Positions 19,122-28,646 of a stretch of 64,000 nt of DNA are shown piece after piece. Position 1 is the stretch's first letter. Every line of letters starts with the position of its first letter. The DNA comes from an uncultured Candidatus Saccharibacteria bacterium (GTDB lineage Bacteria > Patescibacteriota > WWE3 > UBA101185 > UBA10185): the NCBI GenBank assembly GCA_964643995.1, contig CAZXUJ010000002.1, positions 114,125 to 178,124 of the forward strand, written 5' to 3'. The notes beneath the pieces were generated by a model. That model saw only the letters and a list, made by a program, of their open reading frames with translations, was not told the origin of the DNA and made no database searches. The position numbers were made by a program, and so were the translations under genes.

Positions 19122-20648
19122 CTAGCTTAAATTATAGAGAGCGCCAAACTTTTGTTTGAGGTAAGACTTCAAATATTCAGGGTTAAGACTTTCACCAGAA
19201 ATCATTTCACATAGCTCAGCTGGGGTATAGACACTTCCATGAGCATGAAGTTTTTCTCTAAGCCACTTAAGTAAAATGGCAGTATTACCTTGGCTAATTT
19301 CTTCTCTAAGGTTGGGGATTTGTTTTTGGATCGTTGCCCAAAACTGAGCCGCGTAAAGATTACCTAACGTGTAAGTTGGAAAATAGCCAATACCTCCTGT
19401 AGCCCAATGAATATCTTGCAAAACACCTTTTGAATCATCGGGGGGTGTAACACCTAGATATTCTTGCATTTTGACGTTCCATGCCTCAGGAAGATCTTTT
19501 ACCTTTAAATCACCTTTTACTAAAGCGCATTCAAGTTCAAATCTTAAAATTATGTGTAAGTTGTAGGTAACCTCATCAGCTTCAACACGAATAAAACTTG
19601 GTGAAACCATGTTAAGTGCTTTTACAAAATTATCCTGTTCAGTTACGTTTACCACATCGCCGAAGTATTTAACAAAAGTTGGAAACCAGTGTACCCAAAA
19701 TTCTGGAGTACGACCAACAAAATTTTCCCACATACGAGACTGTGATTCATGGATACCTAAAGAAACTCCTGTACCAATAATTGTTGAGTCTAATTGATGC
19801 GAAATACCTTGCTCATACAAAGCATGGCCAACCTCATGAATTGTTGCCATAACTGAAGAGTTAACTTCGTTTTCATAAAATCTGGTGGTAATACGAACAT
19901 CAGTACTAGTTCCAAATTCGGTAGTAAATGGATGAGTAGATCTGTCCAAACGACCAGCCTCAAAATCATAACCAATACCAGTTGCTAGATCGTTGTTGAA
20001 AGCTAGTTGTTTATCAATAGGGTAATTGCGATGCAAAATAGTGTTGGTTATCTTTACACTTGAAGCCGAAATATCCGCCACAAACTTTTTGGTAAAATCT
20101 TTTAATGGTTCAAAAATCGACTTGACCTTCGACTCAGTCAAACCTTGTTCATACAAATCTAACAACGTATCGTAAGGCGAGTCGTCGTAACCATAATAAT
20201 CAGCTTTTTGACGTGCAAGATCAAACGACTTTTGTAGATCTTTCTCGAAGATACTAAAATCTTTTTTTTCTCTTGCTTCTCGCCATGTCTCTAGAGATTG
20301 CGAAGTGTGTTCAGTAAGCTCTTTTACAAACTTAACCGGGAGTTTGGTCTCACGATCATAAGTTCTTTTGAACTCACGAACTAATGCTTTGTCTGAAGGT
20401 GTAAAAGATTCTGGAGAGCGCGAAATTTCTTTGACAAGCCTATCTACCAATTTACCGTTTTCTTTGTCTGTTAGGGCGCTATGTGAAAGTTCTGAAATTA
20501 TAGACATTTGTTGAGAACGACTAAAACCAGCTTTACGAGGCATCATGACTTCTTGATCCCATTCGAGTAGCGCCAAAATACCGCGCATGTATGTGATGTG
20601 TCGAGATTTTTCGATGAGTCTTTTGATATCTGGGTTTTTTGTAAACAT
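19122..20648 (-). CDS. M32 metallocarboxypeptidase (carboxypeptidase Taq family)
   Basis: HPF, DVRITT, HEVGH, HESQS, IRVEADE, GYFPTYTLG. Confidence 0.95.
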   Translation of the reverse strand: MFTKNPDIKRLIEKSRHITYMRGILALLEWDQEVMMPRKAGFSRSQQMSIISELSHSALTDKENGKLVDRLVKEISRSPESFTPSDKALVREFKRTYDRETKLPVKFVKELTEHTSQSLETWREAREKKDFSIFEKDLQKSFDLARQKADYYGYDDSPYDTLLDLYEQGLTESKVKSIFEPLKDFTKKFVADISASSVKITNTILHRNYPIDKQLAFNNDLATGIGYDFEAGRLDRSTHPFTTEFGTSTDVRITTRFYENEVNSSVMATIHEVGHALYEQGISHQLDSTIIGTGVSLGIHESQSRMWENFVGRTPEFWVHWFPTFVKYFGDVVNVTEQDNFVKALNMVSPSFIRVEADEVTYNLHIILRFELECALVKGDLKVKDLPEAWNVKMQEYLGVTPPDDSKGVLQDIHWATGGIGYFPTYTLGNLYAAQFWATIQKQIPNLREEISQGNTAILLKWLREKLHAHGSVYTPAELCEMISGESLNPEYLKSYLKQKFGALYNLS

Positions 20649-20673
20649 ATCGATTTAATAGTAACATACAGCC

Positions 20674-21234
20674 ATGCCGAGAATAACATCAGGAATAGCA
20701 AAAAATAGAAACATCGAAATACCTGAAATTGATAACATCAGAGTAGCTCAGGATGTTTACAAGATGTCCTTGTTTGCAATCATTGGAGATAGAATTACCG
20801 ATGCTACGTGTTTGGATTTATTCGCGGGCAGTGGAAGTTTTGGGCTTGAAGCATTAAGTCGTGGAGCCAAAAGTTGTGATTTTGTCGACGAAAGTAGACG
20901 GGCATGCCAAACAATCCAAGAAAACCTCAAAAATATGAGCCTCGAAGGTGGGGAAGTGTTTCAGGATAGTGCAGTTAAATTTGCTGCAAATACCGCAAAT
21001 ACATACGATATAGTTTTTATGGACCCTTTTTACGACGACACCAAACATAAGTTTTTACTAAAAAACCTTGAAGAGATTTTAAACCCAAACGGAGTTGTTG
21101 CCTTTTCTCATGGAGAAGGAATAAAGATTACCGAGCAAATCGAAGGAACTAATTTTAAGATTGATACGGAAAGAAGATTTGGAAGAAGTTACTTAACTAT
21201 GTTGGTATCAGGGTTGGTGTCGGAGCAACGCTAG
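20674..21234 (+). CDS. rsmD: 16S rRNA m2G966 methyltransferase RsmD family
   Basis: LDLFAGSGSFGLEALSRGA; DPFY in place of DPPY. Confidence 0.88.
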   Translation: MPRITSGIAKNRNIEIPEIDNIRVAQDVYKMSLFAIIGDRITDATCLDLFAGSGSFGLEALSRGAKSCDFVDESRRACQTIQENLKNMSLEGGEVFQDSAVKFAANTANTYDIVFMDPFYDDTKHKFLLKNLEEILNPNGVVAFSHGEGIKITEQIEGTNFKIDTERRFGRSYLTMLVSGLVSEQR

Positions 21235-21277
21235 CAAAAATATAAATATATCGAATTTTTCTGCGTAGCGTTACTCC
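21222..21277 (-). terminator. Long 3' hairpin of the 21297..21788 gene
   Basis: GGAGTAACGCTA/TAGCGTTGCTCC 12-bp stem; its one G-U pair forms only on the minus strand. Confidence 0.5.
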
Positions 21278-21296
21278 TTATTTATATCCTTACGAT

Positions 21297-21788
21297 TTAC
21301 GGCAATGGCACCCCAGCGAGATCAAATGCCTCCATGAGCCACTGGATAATGTCACCGTTCTTCTGCAAAAAGGTTACACCATCAGGGAGATCTAGGTGAC
21401 CCATGTCTGCCGCGGACATGAGCACAATTGGCCTAATATGGACCCGAAGAATCTTTGGAATGCAGTACTCAGCACCACTTGAGTATCCATACTCATCAAC
21501 AAAATATATAGTTGTTGATTTCCTGAAGATGATATCATCGCAATCAGCCACCAACTCAGTGGTGCAACCAAGTTGTCGAAGTCCTATTTCGACCAACTCC
21601 CCCCAAGGCGCATCGTCCACAATAACTGCGCGACAACCCCCGCTAGAATTGATTTTTATCGCATGTAGCGAAAGCCATAAACTACCTAGTACTAGCAACC
21701 CAAGAAGAAGAAGATAAGCCCCTACGCGGGCTTTTCTTTCTTCATCGCCATCCCCATGACCACCGGATACTGCAATGCTTCTTGCCAT
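21297..21788 (-). CDS. Membrane-anchored protein with receiver (CheY-like) domain
   Basis: AAGGAG RBS; N-terminal TM; VIVDD, FVD, VLMSA, FLQK. Confidence 0.6.
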   Translation of the reverse strand: MARSIAVSGGHGDGDEERKARVGAYLLLLGLLVLGSLWLSLHAIKINSSGGCRAVIVDDAPWGELVEIGLRQLGCTTELVADCDDIIFRKSTTIYFVDEYGYSSGAEYCIPKILRVHIRPIVLMSAADMGHLDLPDGVTFLQKNGDIIQWLMEAFDLAGVPLP

Positions 21789-21918
21789 CTTAGTTCTCCT
21801 TACTATGTTCCGTTGATATCATCAAGACCAACCGCTTGAAGTGACCTATAATATACTATATCTACGAAATCATTGGAAATTTAGCAAGAAGTCTTCACTC
21901 TGTTATTATTAACTACAG

Positions 21919-23343
21919 ATGTTTTATAAGCATAAAAAAACCAAGATTATCGCAACTGTAGGACCTGCTTGTGCTAACAACGAAGCAATAAGAAACATGA
22001 TTAATCACGGGGTCAATGTGTTTAGATTTAACATGAAGCACGGAACAATGGAGGGACACCATAAAAACATTGATATTGTACAAGAAGAAGCTAACAAACT
22101 ACACGTCCCAATAGGCATCTTGGTAGATCTTCAAGGGCCTGAGATTAGAATCCAGACTCAAAACAAAGAGGATCTAGTCGTAACCAAAAACCAAAAAATA
22201 AAATTTGTTCAGAAGTTTGACCTTACAAGTAAAGAGCCTCAGATCAAAATAGTTCACAAATCTGTTTTTACTGCACTAGAAGAAGGGGATATGTTTTCGA
22301 TAGATAACGGATATATCCAACTAGTGGTACAACAGAGCAACAATGATAATTTTATAGCTATAGTTCAAGATGACGCAGTAATAAAAAACATGAAAAGCAT
22401 GAATCTGTTTGGGAAAGATTTAAAGCTACCCTCACTGATTAAAGACGATATTGAAAGATTGACTATAGCAGATTCGAGAAAGATTGATTATGTAGCTTTA
22501 TCTTTTGTAAGGTCTAAACGCGATCTCGATATTTTAAGAAAACACATGAAGGAGAAGGGAATTGACGCCCAGGTTGTAGCTAAAATCGAAAGTCAAGCTG
22601 CCATTGACAACATTGACGAAATCATAAAAGAGTCTGATGTAGTGATGATTGCTCGTGGAGACCTTGGTGTAGAAACACCAATAGAAAAGCTAGCCTACTA
22701 TCAAAAAATGATAATCACTAAGTGCCGTCACGCTAATACACCAGTAATTGTCGCAACTCAAATGTTGGAGTCTATGATAAACAGTCCAATTCCAACACGA
22801 GCGGAGGCAACAGATGTAGCAAATGCTGTTTTGGACGGAACAGATGCCTTGATGCTATCTGGGGAAACAGCTATTGGAAAGTACCCAGAGCGTGCTGTTA
22901 TGGAAATGTCAAAGATAGCTATGTTTAACGAAGAAAAGTCTGAAGTAGTACAGTTTGATATAAAGCCTCAAAATGCTACTGAACTTATCGTTGAAGCAGC
23001 AGAAACAATTGCTCAAAATTCCAAAGATTTGAAGATAGATCACATAGTTGTTATGACCGAAACAGGATACACCGCGAAAGTTTTATCGGTGTTCAGGCCA
23101 AAGATACCGGTTATCGCTATCACGGACCTTCAAAAAACTGTCGAGATACTTACTATGTCCTATGGTGTAAGACCTGTGAAGGTTAAGCTTCCACAAGGAA
23201 CAATGCTGACACCAAACTACATAATTAAACAACTGAAAGATCTTGAAGAGGTTGAAAAAGGCGAACTGGTCCTGTTGATACACGGACAACACTGGAAAAA
23301 ACCAGGGCAAACTAACGCCGTAGTTCTGATAACCGTAGAATAG
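21919..23343 (+). CDS. pyk: Pyruvate kinase
   Basis: TKIIATVGPA, DLQGPEIR, AKIE, ARGDLGVE, MLSGETA. Confidence 0.97.
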   Translation: MFYKHKKTKIIATVGPACANNEAIRNMINHGVNVFRFNMKHGTMEGHHKNIDIVQEEANKLHVPIGILVDLQGPEIRIQTQNKEDLVVTKNQKIKFVQKFDLTSKEPQIKIVHKSVFTALEEGDMFSIDNGYIQLVVQQSNNDNFIAIVQDDAVIKNMKSMNLFGKDLKLPSLIKDDIERLTIADSRKIDYVALSFVRSKRDLDILRKHMKEKGIDAQVVAKIESQAAIDNIDEIIKESDVVMIARGDLGVETPIEKLAYYQKMIITKCRHANTPVIVATQMLESMINSPIPTRAEATDVANAVLDGTDALMLSGETAIGKYPERAVMEMSKIAMFNEEKSEVVQFDIKPQNATELIVEAAETIAQNSKDLKIDHIVVMTETGYTAKVLSVFRPKIPVIAITDLQKTVEILTMSYGVRPVKVKLPQGTMLTPNYIIKQLKDLEEVEKGELVLLIHGQHWKKPGQTNAVVLITVE

Positions 23344-23360
23344 TAAATAACCCTCCCTCA

Positions 23361-23389
23361 TTGACAAAAAATCAAATGGTTTGTATATT
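23361..23389 (+). promoter_or_regulatory. Sigma70 promoter of the rpmF operon
   Basis: TTGACA-17 nt-TATATT. Confidence 0.8.
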
Positions 23390-23422
23390 GCTAATGCTTT
23401 AATTAGTTGTTAAGCTTATTTT

Positions 23423-23572
23423 ATGCCAGTACCAAAGAGAAGACATAGCAAAGGCCGCGTACGCCGAAAAAGAAATGAAAAGATGCAACAGTCTGTTGTA
23501 AATTCTATTAAGTGTAAAACCTGCGGCGCAGCAAAGTTACCACATCGTTTATGTGCAGCTTGTGGCAAGTAG
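23423..23572 (+). CDS. rpmF: 50S ribosomal protein L32, Zn-ribbon form (absent from ORF track)
   Basis: MPVPKRRHSKGR...CKTCG..KLPHRLCAACGK*. Confidence 0.95.
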   Translation: MPVPKRRHSKGRVRRKRNEKMQQSVVNSIKCKTCGAAKLPHRLCAACGK

Positions 23573-23609
23573 TAGTATTGTAGTATTAAAGTAAGTTAAA
23601 GAACCTTAA

Positions 23610-24053
23610 ATGAAATCAATAAATGACCCAAGACACAACGCTAGAAGAATAGTGTTGGGAACGTTGTTTTGTGCACTCCATACTAATGTGGATGATGAGG
23701 CATGTTTGGAATTAACCAAAGAACTTTTAACACCCGAAAACATAGATGAATCCTTGACTAAAAAAATAATAAGTGGTATTAAGAAGCACCAACGCGAAAT
23801 CGACGGGATCATTGAGAAATGCGCCCCCGAATGGCCAGTTGATAAAATTGCCAAAGTCGACCTTGTGGTTTTGAGGATTGCTGTATTTGAAATTCTTTAT
23901 GACAACGAGGCGCCTGACAAAGTGGTAATCGACGAGGCTGTAGAACTTGCTAAGGAGTTTGGAAACGACACTTCAGGCAAATTCGTTAATGGCGTGCTGG
24001 GAACAGTAGTAGACATAAAAGTTTCCATACAAAAGGAGCAGACAAATGGATAA
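23610..24053 (+). CDS. nusB: Transcription antitermination factor NusB
   Basis: VDLVVLRIAVFE, IDEAVELAKEFG, FVNGVL. Confidence 0.95.
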   Translation: MKSINDPRHNARRIVLGTLFCALHTNVDDEACLELTKELLTPENIDESLTKKIISGIKKHQREIDGIIEKCAPEWPVDKIAKVDLVVLRIAVFEILYDNEAPDKVVIDEAVELAKEFGNDTSGKFVNGVLGTVVDIKVSIQKEQTNG

Positions 24054-24279
24054 ACAAACAAAGGAAATAATAAATTTTATAGCAGACAGAGTCGGTGTAG
24101 AGTCTGAGGATATAACACCTGATTCTTATGTTGAAGACGATCTAAATATCGGCGAACTTGAACTTATTGAAATTTTAGAGGAACTAGAAGAGAAATACGG
24201 TGTAGAGTTAATGGACTATAAAGACGACTTTGAAACTATAAACGATATTCTTGAGCAAATAAACGAAAAGATTGACTAG
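24046..24279 (+). CDS. Acyl-carrier-protein-like protein lacking the conserved Ser
   Basis: Acidic 77 aa aligning to ACP; DLGADSL position reads DLNIGEL; directly upstream of rnc. Confidence 0.75.
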   Translation: MDKQTKEIINFIADRVGVESEDITPDSYVEDDLNIGELELIEILEELEEKYGVELMDYKDDFETINDILEQINEKID

Positions 24280-24280
24280 T

Positions 24281-24973
24281 ATGAGTTTTAAATCAAGCCA
24301 AGTAGAAGATGTTTTAAACATAAAGATAAAAGACATTGACTTGTTTGAAACTGCTTTTACCCATAGATCATACTTAAACGAACACCCTAACTATAAGCAC
24401 CCGTCTAATGAGAGGCTAGAGTTTTTAGGGGATGCGGTTCTACAACTAATTTCTTCAGAATATTTATATCTTCACTACGACGAGCCGGAAGGCATTCTTA
24501 CAAACTATAGATCAGCTATAGTTTGCACAAAATCTCTCGCACAAGAAGCTAAGAGGTTGGGATATGGTGAGTTTTTATATCTCTCCAAAGGTGAAGAGGC
24601 CTCTGGAGGACGTGATAGGGAATATATTCTTGCTAACACTTTCGAAGCAGTACTCGGAGCTTTATATCTTGCGGAGGGGTTGGAATTCTGTAAGAACTTT
24701 GTTGAAAAAGAGCTACTTTATAAGGTTGATGAGATTATCGAGACAGAATCCTATAAAGATGCTAAATCAAAATTTCAAGAGAAGGCACAAGAGTTAAGGA
24801 GTATAACACCTGAATATAAAGTTTTAGAAGCCTGGGGTCCAGATCATGAGAAAAGCTTTAAGGTTGGGGTTTTCTTAGGTAATGAGTTACTTGGAGAGGG
24901 AGAAGGCGCAAGCAAACAAAAAGCTGAGCAAAAAGCCGCTTTTGCTGCGTTAGACAAATTAAATAACCTTTGA
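24281..24973 (+). CDS. rnc: Ribonuclease III
   Basis: NERLEFLGDAVL signature and C-terminal dsRBD. Confidence 0.97.
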   Translation: MSFKSSQVEDVLNIKIKDIDLFETAFTHRSYLNEHPNYKHPSNERLEFLGDAVLQLISSEYLYLHYDEPEGILTNYRSAIVCTKSLAQEAKRLGYGEFLYLSKGEEASGGRDREYILANTFEAVLGALYLAEGLEFCKNFVEKELLYKVDEIIETESYKDAKSKFQEKAQELRSITPEYKVLEAWGPDHEKSFKVGVFLGNELLGEGEGASKQKAEQKAAFAALDKLNNL

Positions 24974-24989
24974 TAGAATTCAGGAGCTT

Positions 24990-25289
24990 ATGTCAGTAAC
25001 AATCAGATTAGCAAAAGTAGGAAGAAGAAATGCACCAGCATATAAAATTGTTGTTGCAAACACCCGTGATAAAAGAAACGGGAGATTTTTGGATGTCTTA
25101 GGACATTACAACCCTTCTCATAAACCTGAAACATTTGCAATCGACCAAAATAAATATCAGGAATGGCTAGCAAAAGGAGCCTTAACCTCTGCAACAGTTA
25201 CAAAACTTCGAGAAGGTAAATATACCTTTAAACCATACCGACCCCACGCTTCTAAAGACACTGAAGTAGAAAATTCTTCAGAGGCCTAA
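24990..25289 (+). CDS. rpsP: 30S ribosomal protein S16
   Basis: VTIRL...YKIVV...RNGRFLDVLGHYNP. Confidence 0.95.
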   Translation: MSVTIRLAKVGRRNAPAYKIVVANTRDKRNGRFLDVLGHYNPSHKPETFAIDQNKYQEWLAKGALTSATVTKLREGKYTFKPYRPHASKDTEVENSSEA

Positions 25290-25290
25290 G

Positions 25291-25518
25291 ATGCGAGAAT
25301 TTGTAGAATTTCTAGTTAAACAGATAGTTAATAAGCCCGAAGAATTAAAAGTTGATGAAGATCTCGATGGTACTGTTGTAACCATAAACATTTGTGCGAA
25401 TAAAGAAGATATGGGGTTAATAATTGGTAAAAGTGGTAAAACTATAAAAAGCATAAGAGACTTAGCTAAAGCCAAAGCTATAAAGGACAAAGTTAAGGTA
25501 TATGTTACGGTATGCTAA
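25291..25518 (+). CDS. khpA: KH-domain RNA-binding protein KhpA
   Basis: DMGLIIGKSGKTIKSIR; follows rpsP. Confidence 0.88.
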   Translation: MREFVEFLVKQIVNKPEELKVDEDLDGTVVTINICANKEDMGLIIGKSGKTIKSIRDLAKAKAIKDKVKVYVTVC

Positions 25519-26192
25519 CTTTTGATGTACTGACCCTATTTCCCGAGCTATTTCAAAATCATTTCAATGAGCTACCTTTTAAACGAGCAATAAAGAAAGA
25601 ACTTATAGAGTGCAAGGTAACAAATCTAAGAGACTTTGCAGTAGATAAACATGGTACCGTAGATGATAAACCGTATGGTGGGGGAGTGGGAATGATATTA
25701 ATGCTCGAACCTATCTATAAAGCGCTTCACAAGATATACGATGGTCAATACAAAGATAAAAAGATAACACCACCAAAAAAGGACAAAATCATCTTTTTAA
25801 CACCAACTGGTAAAACTTACAATCAAAACAAAGCCTATGAATTAGCCGAATATAAACATTTAACATTCATTTGTGGAAGATATGAAGGGGTTGATGCGAG
25901 AATATCCGAAATTGCAGATATCGAGGAGATTTCAATAGGAGATTATGTACTTTCTGGCGGGGAATTGCCTGCATTAGTGATCATGGAAAGTATTGTGCGC
26001 CTACTTCCAGGAGTTCTTGAAGATCCAGAGGCACTGAACACTGAATCTTTCACGGAGATTTATCTAGAGCACCCGCAATATACAAGACCAGAAAACTTTC
26101 AGGGTATAAAAGTACCTGAAATACTTCTTTCAGGACACCATAAAAACATTGAACAATGGAAAAAAGATAACTCTAAAAAGCCTCAGGTGTAG
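25512..26192 (+). CDS. trmD: tRNA (guanine-N1)-methyltransferase
   Basis: VDDKPYGGG, CGRYEGVD, SIGDYVLSGGE, PQYTRP. Confidence 0.97.
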   Translation: MLTFDVLTLFPELFQNHFNELPFKRAIKKELIECKVTNLRDFAVDKHGTVDDKPYGGGVGMILMLEPIYKALHKIYDGQYKDKKITPPKKDKIIFLTPTGKTYNQNKAYELAEYKHLTFICGRYEGVDARISEIADIEEISIGDYVLSGGELPALVIMESIVRLLPGVLEDPEALNTESFTEIYLEHPQYTRPENFQGIKVPEILLSGHHKNIEQWKKDNSKKPQV

Positions 26193-26961
26193 GAGGAACT
26201 TCTTCTATCACTACTTCGCCTGGTACAGGCTCTACAGGTAAATCGCTACCTGGAAGATCAGTAATATCTATAAAGTTTTCAACAGTAATATCGTAGTGTC
26301 TTAGGTTTTTTAAACGCTCCATCATTTGCTGAAAATCGTCAGCAGTTATATCAAAAGTGATAGGTTCATCGGTGTTGGCTTGGGCACTTACTTCTACATA
26401 TGGAGAAATTAACACCATGTTCGTATCAACTGTGCCAAGTTCCTCGTCAACAGTGAATCTTACGGTTGCGACATTTATTACACGAGAGGAATCTTCCAGA
26501 TTGGTCAAAAAGGTCACTACCTGATTATAGTTGCCTGCGACACTTATATTTACTGCAACAACTTGATAATTGCCAATTTTAGGGTCAACCTCACCAGTAT
26601 CGTTCAGCGCATAGCTCATGCGTGTAATTGCAAGACCTGATTCACGTGCTATCTGATCAATTTGGGTCAATAATTGAGGAACCAAAGGTTCATTAGATAA
26701 TGCTTTTGAAACCAAGACATTACTATCATCAACATTCTGTTTGAAATCTAAAAGATTATTTAGTTTTTCAACTTTATTGACTAACTGTTGGGATAAGTCC
26801 GCACGATCCTTAAGTTCTGAGTTTAGAAGAGGTATATCACTTAAAGAAGGATAGATGTATAAACCTAACAAACCAAGAGAGAGCACAAGTGCAACTAAAG
26901 GAATGATAAAATTTGCTATCGTTTGTTTAAGTCTAATACCTAATAATTCTTTTACATCCAT
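26173..26961 (-). CDS. pilO: Type IV pilus assembly protein PilO-like
   Basis: TM plus coiled coil, GNYNQVVTFLTNLE.SSRVI; follows pilMN. Confidence 0.8.
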   Translation of the reverse strand: MDVKELLGIRLKQTIANFIIPLVALVLSLGLLGLYIYPSLSDIPLLNSELKDRADLSQQLVNKVEKLNNLLDFKQNVDDSNVLVSKALSNEPLVPQLLTQIDQIARESGLAITRMSYALNDTGEVDPKIGNYQVVAVNISVAGNYNQVVTFLTNLEDSSRVINVATVRFTVDEELGTVDTNMVLISPYVEVSAQANTDEPITFDITADDFQQMMERLKNLRHYDITVENFIDITDLPGSDLPVEPVPGEVVIEEVPPTPEAF

Positions 26962-26976
26962 ATAACTGATGACCCA

Positions 26977-27567
26977 CTACTCAAAAAGTAGTGATGGGTC
27001 GTAATCCACAACAATAAAATAAGTAACTGAAAGATCTTGATTGTCTAAGTTTACTGAGTTAAGTGTTACATTTGTAAAAAGTTTTTCGAATCCAGGGTGC
27101 ACGCCGGGAAAATTCTGATCAGACAATGTATCAATAAAACGAGCGATTGATATGTAATCAAGCCCGGTACCAGACAAACTTATAGCCGAACGGTCATCAC
27201 CAACTAAAGTGAAATTATCTACCTTAACAGTGTCGGAGGGTACTCGTTTTTGTAGTTCATCTAGCAAAATAGAGTACTTATACCTAGCATCAAAAAAATT
27301 ATCCAAAACTACATATTTTGCGTCTAGTTCACGAGCAACAAGTTCTATCTCTAAAAGATTAGAAATATCCGTACGACTTTTTTCTATATTGACGTTTTGT
27401 TGGGCAATTGCTTTGTTGATTTCAGATTTGCGATACCAGTAGTAGCCACTTACACATACAACGATGACTAACAGTAGTATCGAAAATACAGAACTCATTT
27501 TAACGATACGTTCTTTACGTTGTTCTTTTTTTTCCTCTTGTGGAATTAAGTTAATGCTTTGAGACAT
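26977..27567 (-). CDS. pilN: Type IV pilus assembly protein PilN-like
   Basis: N-terminal INLIP motif, TM, coiled coil. Confidence 0.82.
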   Translation of the reverse strand: MSQSINLIPQEEKKEQRKERIVKMSSVFSILLLVIVVCVSGYYWYRKSEINKAIAQQNVNIEKSRTDISNLLEIELVARELDAKYVVLDNFFDARYKYSILLDELQKRVPSDTVKVDNFTLVGDDRSAISLSGTGLDYISIARFIDTLSDQNFPGVHPGFEKLFTNVTLNSVNLDNQDLSVTYFIVVDYDPSLLFE

Positions 27568-27568
27568 A

Positions 27569-28612
27569 TTATATTTCTTTCAGTGCCAATCCAACCGCTG
27601 TTGAATAAATTGGTCCTGAGTCCATCAAGGCCTCTCTGCTGTGCTCAATCTTCTCATCTAATTTGATACTTCTCCAAGGATTCGCTAATTCGGCCTCTAC
27701 ATCAAGCTTATTTACCATGTAGGCAAGTAGTCCCGGCATCAGAGCAGTTCCGCCAGACAGTGTAACTCTATTTATGAGAACATCGGGATTATGCGTTGTG
27801 TAGTACGTCTTTGATCTGTTTAGTTCCATTAATATATTGTCAAAAACAGGTTTTATTGCTTCGTAAACCTTGCCTTCAACTTGAGTTTCGTCCAGACCAT
27901 AAGCCTTTTTATATTCCTCAGCCTGCACAGCCTCTAGACCTAAACATTTTTGAACAGCGCGAGTCAGTTCATCGCCTCCAACCGACACACTACGTGTAAA
28001 TTGTACGAAACCTTTGTAACTAATGATTAATTGTGTAGAAGCCGCACCAATGTGCACTATTATGCTGGCGCTTGGTCTTTCCGAGGTATCTCCCAGAATC
28101 CTTTCTATGGATAGTGTCTCGGGTTCTATACCTCTTGGAGTCAGCCCAGCACGTTTAATCAAATCGACATAGTTTGCTAAGACCTGATTCTTGGAGGCAA
28201 CTAGAAGAACACCCATAGTATTAGTGTCCGCAGCAGTTTGGGCATTACCACTCTGTAAGATCTGAACATCAAAAGTTACATCTGCAATGGGTATAGGAAT
28301 ATACTCTTCTGCACCTAAAGCAATGAAGTCCTTTAATTCTTTATATTCCATAACAGGCGTCGTTACCACCCGCAAAAATATATCCTGTTCAGGTAAAGCT
28401 ACTACAACGTGGGATGTGCTGAAATGGTGATCTTTTATAAAATTTTTAACAGCTTCTGCGTATGAATTTACTAAATCTTCATTAGTAAAGTTCAGTTCTA
28501 AAGGGGAACCATCGTATACTCCAAAGTTCTTCAAAATTTGCACTCCCTTGATCTTATCAAGCTCAACCGCGCAAAATCTTTCTCTTCCGATGTCGAGTCC
28601 TATAATGGGCAT
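27569..28612 (-). CDS. pilM: Type IV pilus assembly protein PilM
   Basis: IGLDIG, YIPIP, LSGGTA, AVGLAL (actin-like). Confidence 0.92.
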   Translation of the reverse strand: MPIIGLDIGRERFCAVELDKIKGVQILKNFGVYDGSPLELNFTNEDLVNSYAEAVKNFIKDHHFSTSHVVVALPEQDIFLRVVTTPVMEYKELKDFIALGAEEYIPIPIADVTFDVQILQSGNAQTAADTNTMGVLLVASKNQVLANYVDLIKRAGLTPRGIEPETLSIERILGDTSERPSASIIVHIGAASTQLIISYKGFVQFTRSVSVGGDELTRAVQKCLGLEAVQAEEYKKAYGLDETQVEGKVYEAIKPVFDNILMELNRSKTYYTTHNPDVLINRVTLSGGTALMPGLLAYMVNKLDVEAELANPWRSIKLDEKIEHSREALMDSGPIYSTAVGLALKEI

Positions 28613-28646
28613 GGTTACATTCTAACAAAATTGAACGCTTAAATCA

